Assembly (NCBI RefSeq): GCF_016432865.1
Contig: NC_067401.1
Location: forward strand, 26,164,001 to 26,228,000
DNA from: Antechinus flavipes
Taxonomy: Eukaryota
Length of the DNA: 64,000 nucleotides
Reading direction: 5' to 3'
The notes under the pieces are model-generated. The model was not told the origin of the DNA. It saw only the letters and a list, made by a program, of their open reading frames with translations, and did not search any database. Of this stretch, positions 57,751 through 64,000 are shown piece after piece. Made by a program: the position numbers and the translations under genes. Each line of letters begins with the position of its first letter. Within the stretch, counting starts at the first letter, position 1.

Positions 57751-60424
57751 CTCTGCGGCAGTCTAGGCAGAAAGCAGGGCCAGGCTGGGAAGAGATTCGG
57801 CACGGACAAAGCCAGGCGCCTTCCCTGGGAGTCTTTACATAACAACAGCTTATACAATGCCTACTAGGTGCCAGGCAGGTACTGAGCACTTTATTATCTT
57901 ATTTGAGCCTCAAAACTGCCCTGGGAGATAGGTACTATTACTGTTTCACTTCTCTGAGGAAACTGAGGCAGGCACAGGTACAGTGATTTGTCCAACTAGT
58001 AAGTTTTTGATGGAGAATTTAAACTTAGGTCTTCCTGACCCCAGGCCTGCCATTCTGACCACCTAACTATAACTATCTCTAAGTAAAAATTACTGATGAT
58101 AGCTGCCTCTAATTAATAAGGATGAGGCTATGTATAAAGTTCTTTACCTTTATTATCCCAATTAATCCCAAAAAGCAGCATAGTGCAGGGGATAGAGTAC
58201 TGACTTTTGAGTCATGGGTCATGAGTTCAAATACTGACACTGCCTATATGTCCTTACCTCAGTTTCTTCATTTATAAAAATGAGGGGACTGGATTACATG
58301 ACTAAAGATCTCTCCCAATTCTAGATCTCTGATACCGTATTCCTGCATGACCTCCGAGTAAGCTTTTCCCCAATTTCCTTTTTGTAGAATGTGAGTAATA
58401 ATTCCTCCCAAGTTTCTATGAAAATCAAATTGGTATAAATAGGTAAAATACTTAAAATACTGTATTTTCTCAATCAAGGGATACCAACAGAGCAGCTATT
58501 ATCACAACTTTTTTTTTGCACTTTATAAAGGATTAATCTTCTTACCTAAAAAGAGTGAAACTCACCACTTGAGAACCAAGCATCTTCTGTGGTGGTGCTC
58601 AACAAGGGTCCGGACCTCCTGCCTCCCCTCTTCCACCCCCCTCTCCCAGAAGAACATCTAGACTCAAGAATACAGGGTGTGAAATGCCTTTTATCTTGCA
58701 TAGTCCATTAAAAACTCTGAAGCCGGTTTGGGGGTTTTATTTGTTGTTGTTTGGTAGCGGAATAATAATAATGGCAACAATAATAATAGTTTCAACGAGA
58801 CTTACACTCAAGCCTTGCAGAGGATAATCACACAACTGAGCTGTTTAAAGGAGACAAGGGGGTCTTCCCAGCAGAGACCAGCCTCTGAGACAGTCATAGG
58901 GGAAGAAGGAAGACTCCAACCCTTAGAGACAGATTAGAGTTCTGGAATCACTGGCTTTGAGGGTCCCTTCCCACTCATCCTATAATTAAACAAGAGCTGG
59001 GACAGTCATCCGGATGGACAGGGTTCCATGGAAAGATAGAAATTCATCCTCATGGCAACCAAGAAAGGAAAGAGCAGAGGCCCGAAGGAGCAACCTAGAC
59101 TTATCTCTTCGCTGATACTATGAGCAGATGGACTGTGCAGGCCATGGGAAATGGGAGACTACCAGAGACCACCATTGCCTTTCCACAGGAGTAGGGTTAA
59201 ATATAACATTGCATGTTGATGTCTTATTAGTCTGATGAAAAATGAAGCGAGGACCCTTTTTCCTTTTCTTTTTTTTTTTTAAGTACCTAAAGAGGATCCA
59301 GATTCTGATATTTCTAAAAGAAATACTGGATCAAAGGCAGGAGCTAGAGAAATGATAATGAGAAGCCCTCAAGAGGAAAGTGATCTTTGTGATGTCAGAA
59401 GTGCTTTTTTTCCCCATGGTCACCAGCTCTCTCACATCCTATATTATAACATAGGGTCCCAGAGTTAAAGCTGGAAGGGACCTTGTTGGCCATCCAGCCT
59501 TATCTTATCACTTGCCCGGGACTCGAGGAGAGCCTCCTGCAGCCTCCGGGTTTATTTGTATGCCAACTGTCCCATTCGGTTCTAAGCTCCAAGGAAGCAC
59601 GTGCCTTCTTTCCTCTTTCACCCACCGGAATCTGCCTCGACTTGAGGGGGCACTTCAGTGTTTGCTGAATCACCACTTAATTCTCACTGATGGAGATGGG
59701 TAAAGCGGTGGCCTGCCGGGAACCTCGGGAGATGGGGAGGGCTTGGAGAACGGCGCTACCGGCCCAGACCCCAAGGCCAGCCATCGAGTTCGATTCCGGG
59801 CTGGGAAGTGCCCCGTGGGCGCCTCTCTACCGGCCCACCACGCGTCTGCCTCGGTTAACCGAGCAATAACTCAAGGGCCTCCTCCGGGCGGGATACCGAG
59901 GATGGCTACAAAGACACGCCAGCCGCAGGAGTTACAGGGTACCGGCTTGAGGAAGGCCCCCCTCGGGAAGGCGCGCGGATCCCAAGAAGGGTGAGATCTC
60001 GGACAGCTGTCCCACGGGCTGCAGGAGGGGGGGTCCCCAGCTTCTCCCATTGGGGCCTTTGGGTGCACAGCGGCTCGTTGGTCGCTCCGGGGGTCCGAAT
60101 CCGGTCACCAGTGCGCCAAGCTCACGGGAGGGAGAGCCTCAGTCGGCTGGTGGTTTTCGGACGTTCCGGAAGAGCCACGGTCGGAGTGGGGGAGGGGTTG
60201 GGCCACGCCAGGAAGGCTGAGTTTGAACTTCGCTGCCGGCTGCCCCGCCCCCAGTGGCCTCCCCCCACCCCTCCACACACACCTCCATTCCTCCGGTCAA
60301 GGTGAAAGAGCACTTGCTCCGCCGAAGCCGCGGAGGATCCGGCCTGGACGGAACGAAACCGGTGTGTTCCCAAACCACGCGCTTATATACACGGGGAGCT
60401 CTCCTGCCGGCGGAGGATACTCAC

Positions 60425-60500
60425 CTTCCCGGCCGCCCCGCCCGCGCATGCGCCTACCCCCTCCTCCCCCTCCGAAACTTGCTCGCGCTTCTCCAAGGCT
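60425..60500 (-). other. SRR: Probable non-coding first exon of SRR (donor after 60425; upstream limit/TSS approximate)
   Basis: Perfect donor AAG|GTGAGT on the - strand within the CpG island; acceptor cctgctttctgcctag| at 57762 lies just before the SRR ATG. TSS cannot be determined. Confidence 0.6.
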
Positions 60501-60601
60501 TCCCTCCCTCACCGGCCACCGTACCGCCGTCCGAGATGGGAGGAGGAGGCGGGGGATGGGTGTGTGCGCGTGCGTGCGTGCGTGCGTGCGTGTGTCAGTC
60601 A

Positions 60602-60732
60602 NNNNNNNNNNNNNNNNNNNNNNNNNNNNNNNNNNNNNNNNNNNNNNNNNNNNNNNNNNNNNNNNNNNNNNNNNNNNNNNNNNNNNNNNNNNNNNNNNNN
60701 NNNNNNNNNNNNNNNNNNNNNNNNNNNNNNNN
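60602..60732. other. Assembly gap (N run) in the SRR/SMG6 promoter
   Basis: N run next to a (GCGT)n/(GT)n repeat. Confidence 1.
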
Positions 60733-60803
60733 GTTTCCTGGCTGCGCGCGGCGGCGGTGGCGGCGGCGGAGCCGGAGCAGGAGGAGCAGCAGCAGCAGCG
60801 AAG

Positions 60804-60891
60804 ATGGCGGAGGGGCTGGAGCGCGTCCGGGTCTCGGCGGCCGAGCTGCGGGGAATCCTGGCCACCCTGGCCCCGCAGGCGGGCTCTCGAG
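60804..60891 (+). CDS. SMG6: SMG6 NMD endonuclease / EST1A, coding exon 1 only
   Basis: MAEGLERVRVSAAELRGILATLAPQAGSR followed by G|GTGAGC donor; Kozak AAGATGG; synteny with SRR. Confidence 0.93.
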
Positions 60892-61259
60892 GTGAGCCGC
60901 GCCGCGCTGCCCCGCCCCGCTCCGGGGCTGGGCCGGCCCCTGCGAGCCCCCGCCCCCGGCGCCCTCCGGGGAGGCCGGCGGCGGCCGCAAGGCCGGGAGG
61001 GGAGGGACGGGGAGGGACCGAGAGGGGCGGGGGCTCGAGCCGCCGGTTTAGAGCTCCCCGCCCGCCCTGCCCGCTCCCCAGGCCTTCCGCCCCCTCCCCC
61101 CCCGTCTGAAGAGGGCGGTCCGAGTCAGCCCGGACGCCACCCCTCGCCCCGCCCTGGGCCCGCCCCTCCTTCCTCCCGCGCCTGTCTTCTCTTGTCCCCC
61201 AAGTCCTGCTACCCCCCCAGTAGTCTTCTTACTCCCGGCTCCCATACTTCGCTCTTCCC

Positions 61260-62060
61260 CCATCAGGTCCTACCTCCTCTCCCCTCCCCCTAGCACCTAC
61301 CTATCTCCTACCCACCCCTCTGTCTTCTTCCTTCCCCACCCCAGGTTCTACCTCCTTCCTCACTCCCTCCAGGTCCTACCTCCTCTCTCCTTTCCCCCCC
61401 AGTACCTCCCTCCCTCCCCTAGTCCTACCTCCTTCCTTCCCCCTTCAGGTCCTGCCTCCTCTTCCCTCCCCCCAGCCCCTCCCTCCCTCCCCACCAGGTC
61501 CTACCTCTTTCCTTCCCCCCACGCTAGGTCCTACCTCTTTCCTCCTCTCTCGTCCCAGGTCCTACCTTCCCCCTTCCCTGTCCTACCTCTTCTCCCTTCA
61601 TGTTCTGTCTCTTTTCCTTCTCCTCTCTCACAGATTTTCCTCTTGTCCTCCATCCTACTTCTTTACCTCTACCTCTTCCCGCTCAACCTCCCCCCCTCCC
61701 CAACCTATTTCTTCTCCCTGCCTCTTTTTCTCTTTTACTTCTTCTCTTTACCCCCAGGTCCTACTCCACCTCCTTGTAGGTCCTACTTCTCCCTCTCCCC
61801 AACTTTCTTCAGTTCTTTTTTCCTCCCTACTTCTTCTTCTGTCCCTTCCAATCTCCCCCTTCTTTATTTTCCTACATTTTCTCCTTATCCCACCTCTTTA
61901 CTTCTCCCCCGAGGTCCTACATTCTCTTTTCCTCCAATACCTTTTCTTCCCTCACCTTTTCTCCTGCCCATCCCCTCCCCCAGGTCCTACCTCTTCTCCT
62001 ATCTTCTTTTCCTTCCCCACTCTGAACTCTACCTTTTCTTCTCCCTGTGCCCCCACCCAT
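61260..62060. repeat. Degenerate pyrimidine-rich minisatellite with AGGTCCTAC core, SMG6 intron 1
   Basis: I count 9 exact AGGTCCTAC copies plus several variants embedded in C/T tracts. Confidence 0.8.
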
Positions 62061-64000
62061 TCTGGTCTCACTTTCTTGGCATGTCTTCTGCTTCTGCACA
62101 CACACACACACACAAAATGAAATTAAGAGAGGCAAAGTAACTTTATTTAGTTACTTGTTTAGTTAGAGCAAACTCACTTGTTTAGTTAATTTCTTTACTC
62201 AGGCAAATGGGTCCTCAAAAGGGGTTGTCCCATGCCAAGCCTTTGCCCTCAGTGTCCCCAGGAGCATATGTTACACCTTTCTTGGATGGTGTGGGAGGCA
62301 AGCTGTAGACATGGGGTGCCTGGGGGCTGGAGGCCATATGGGCCTTTTCAGTTGAGCTAGTTTATTAAGTGTGTGCTATGTACAGGGCAGCTTTCCAGGG
62401 ACTGGTATGTTTTGTAAGGAAATAGAATGTGTAAATTGAGGAGTCAAAACAAGAGAAAAGGAGGAAGGGAGCAGGGCTTCTTTACCTGGGACACCTAGAT
62501 GGAAGCCAGGGAGTCCTGAGAGAGGGGGAGGGCATCTTGGGCAGGCCAAGGAGCCAGGGCTATGGAAGTATGTCTGTGTAAAATGAAAAGGACCAGGAAG
62601 GGAAGAGTATGGACATAGATTGGAGCCAGGTTGTGTGGGGCTTGATTAAGGAGTTTCTCTCTTTTCCTAAAGTGGCTCCTTGGGCAAGGGAGGGATATGG
62701 TCGAATCTGTGCTTTTGGACAGCTTCTTTTGGCAGTTTTATGGAGGAGAACCAGAAGCAGAGCAGTCAGAACACTACTTCAGGAATCCAGGAGAGACAAG
62801 GGCCCAAACTGGGAGGATCACTCACAGAGCAGAGAGAAGGGATCACAGGTGGGAATTAGAGAGGCAATTTTGTTAACATCTGTTTGAGATGACCATGGGA
62901 CATGCAGTTATCTAGTGGAGTTGGTGACAATGGGACCAAGGAGAATGAAACTGGATATATAGGTTTGAGTATCATTTGTTTATGGATGATATTTGAACTT
63001 GTGGAAGCCAAAGAAACCAGGAAGGAAGGGAGAATGGAGCAAGAAAAGGACCCAGGAAGAGACTTCATGATTAGGGATTAACATGTGGATGATGATCCAG
63101 CAAAGGAGTGATCAGATAAGGAAGAAGAGATGTGGGAGAGACCAGTGACATGAAAGCCTAGAGCAGGGAGAGAGAGCCATGATGGAGGGGCTAGTCAGTG
63201 GTGTCCAAAGTTGCAGAGAATTCCTAGAGAGCAGGTACTGAAAAGAAGGGTAGAGGTTTGAGCAATAAAGAAATATGGAGTGAAAAGAAGGCTGTAAAAC
63301 TGTTTTTTGTTGCTCAATAACTTGACTGCATCTCTGCTTTGCAGTCTAAATAGCAGAAACTTACTTCCATCCTTCTTTGGGATGAACTATGAGATTTGTC
63401 CTTGAAATAGATTTAATGGCCTTTGTTATTTGTTAGAGCAGCTCCATTCTGTAATTTTTAAAAATTCCAGTGAAATGTCTTTTTTTTTCCCCCTAGTTTT
63501 GTTATTATTTAAAGCCTAACTAGTGGTCAATAGTTGGATTAAAAATGGAAGCTAACTTTGAAACTGACTGTTATCATTCCAGAGTTGTCAGAGCTAAGTG
63601 TTTACAGAACAACATTGGCTATTTCCACAGCACCTTTCTCCTGAGTGCTATATTAACACTCACACCTTCAATACCACATTTTCTATAAACATGGTTAATC
63701 ATTGCAGGTAGTAACATTTCCTTTTCACTGCGAAGGAAACAGGACTCCCAAAGGCCCTTTAACTTGTTGTGTAGATATGATAGTGAGAGAGGGTGGAGCC
63801 TTGGGAGATGATCCCGAGAATTATGGCTCCCCCATATCTGAATTAGTTTCCTTTTTTTTTTTTTTTTGCATATGCCAGTTTAGTGTTTGGAGAGCATGTC
63901 ACAATCCTTCTATCATCTTCCAGGGAAAGCTCCCTTGCAGAACCTTTTCCTTCTCACATTCCATCGTCGTGGCAGCAGCTGGTCTCAGCGTTCTAATGAT

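Larger units (their letters stand above)
59700..61200. promoter_or_regulatory. CpG island, bidirectional SRR/SMG6 promoter
   Basis: CpG-dense; palindromic NRF1-type GCGCATGCGC at 60444-60453; divergent SRR exon 1 and SMG6 exon 1; an N gap sits in the middle. Confidence 0.85.

Noticed and set aside
9066-60891. Functional link between the PTC-generating SGSM2 duplication and the neighbouring NMD gene SMG6
   Set aside because: The neighbourhood is ancestral synteny; nothing in the sequence connects them.
60223-61293. 356-aa and 213-aa ORFs across the SRR/SMG6 promoter
   Set aside because: They span an N gap and CpG-island sequence; only 60804-60891 is the real SMG6 exon.
61643-62140. 165-aa Phe/Pro/Ser/Leu ORF
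   Set aside because: Translation of the pyrimidine minisatellite.
1-64000. CRISPR arrays, tRNA or rRNA genes, prokaryotic systems
   Set aside because: Eukaryotic intron-rich DNA; no regularly spaced repeats with unique spacers; tRNA-like A/B boxes occur only within SINEs.

Overview
Mammalian genomic DNA, most likely from an Australian (dasyurid-like) marsupial as inferred from WSINE1/MAR1-type SINEs and the L1 3' ends. It carries the conserved SGSM2-TSR1-SRR-SMG6 block (human 17p13.3 gene order). SGSM2 (- strand; exons 1-11 present, 3' part runs off the left edge) is head-to-head with TSR1 (+; complete 15-exon CDS, 803 aa), which hosts two SNORD91-family C/D snoRNAs. TSR1 is tail-to-tail with SRR (-; complete CDS, 337 aa), and SRR is head-to-head with SMG6 (+; exon 1 only). 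The most unusual structure is a ~1.55 kb, ~99% identical tandem duplication of SGSM2 exons 5-7. Its junction lies in the A-tail of a tiny TSD-flanked L1 insertion, and it is not frame-preserving. It is either a real recent intragenic duplication or a haplotype false duplication, since four ~130-150 bp N gaps suggest a short-read assembly. Other points: a GC-AG intron and a missing C-terminal PDZ-binding motif in SRR, probable mutual overlap of TSR1 and SRR 3' ends, a solo LTR with a 6-bp TSD nested in an L1, a strong-Kozak uORF before SGSM2, and a pyrimidine-rich minisatellite in SMG6 intron 1. I found no support for a wholly new gene system. Comparisons to human are from memory, not from a search.
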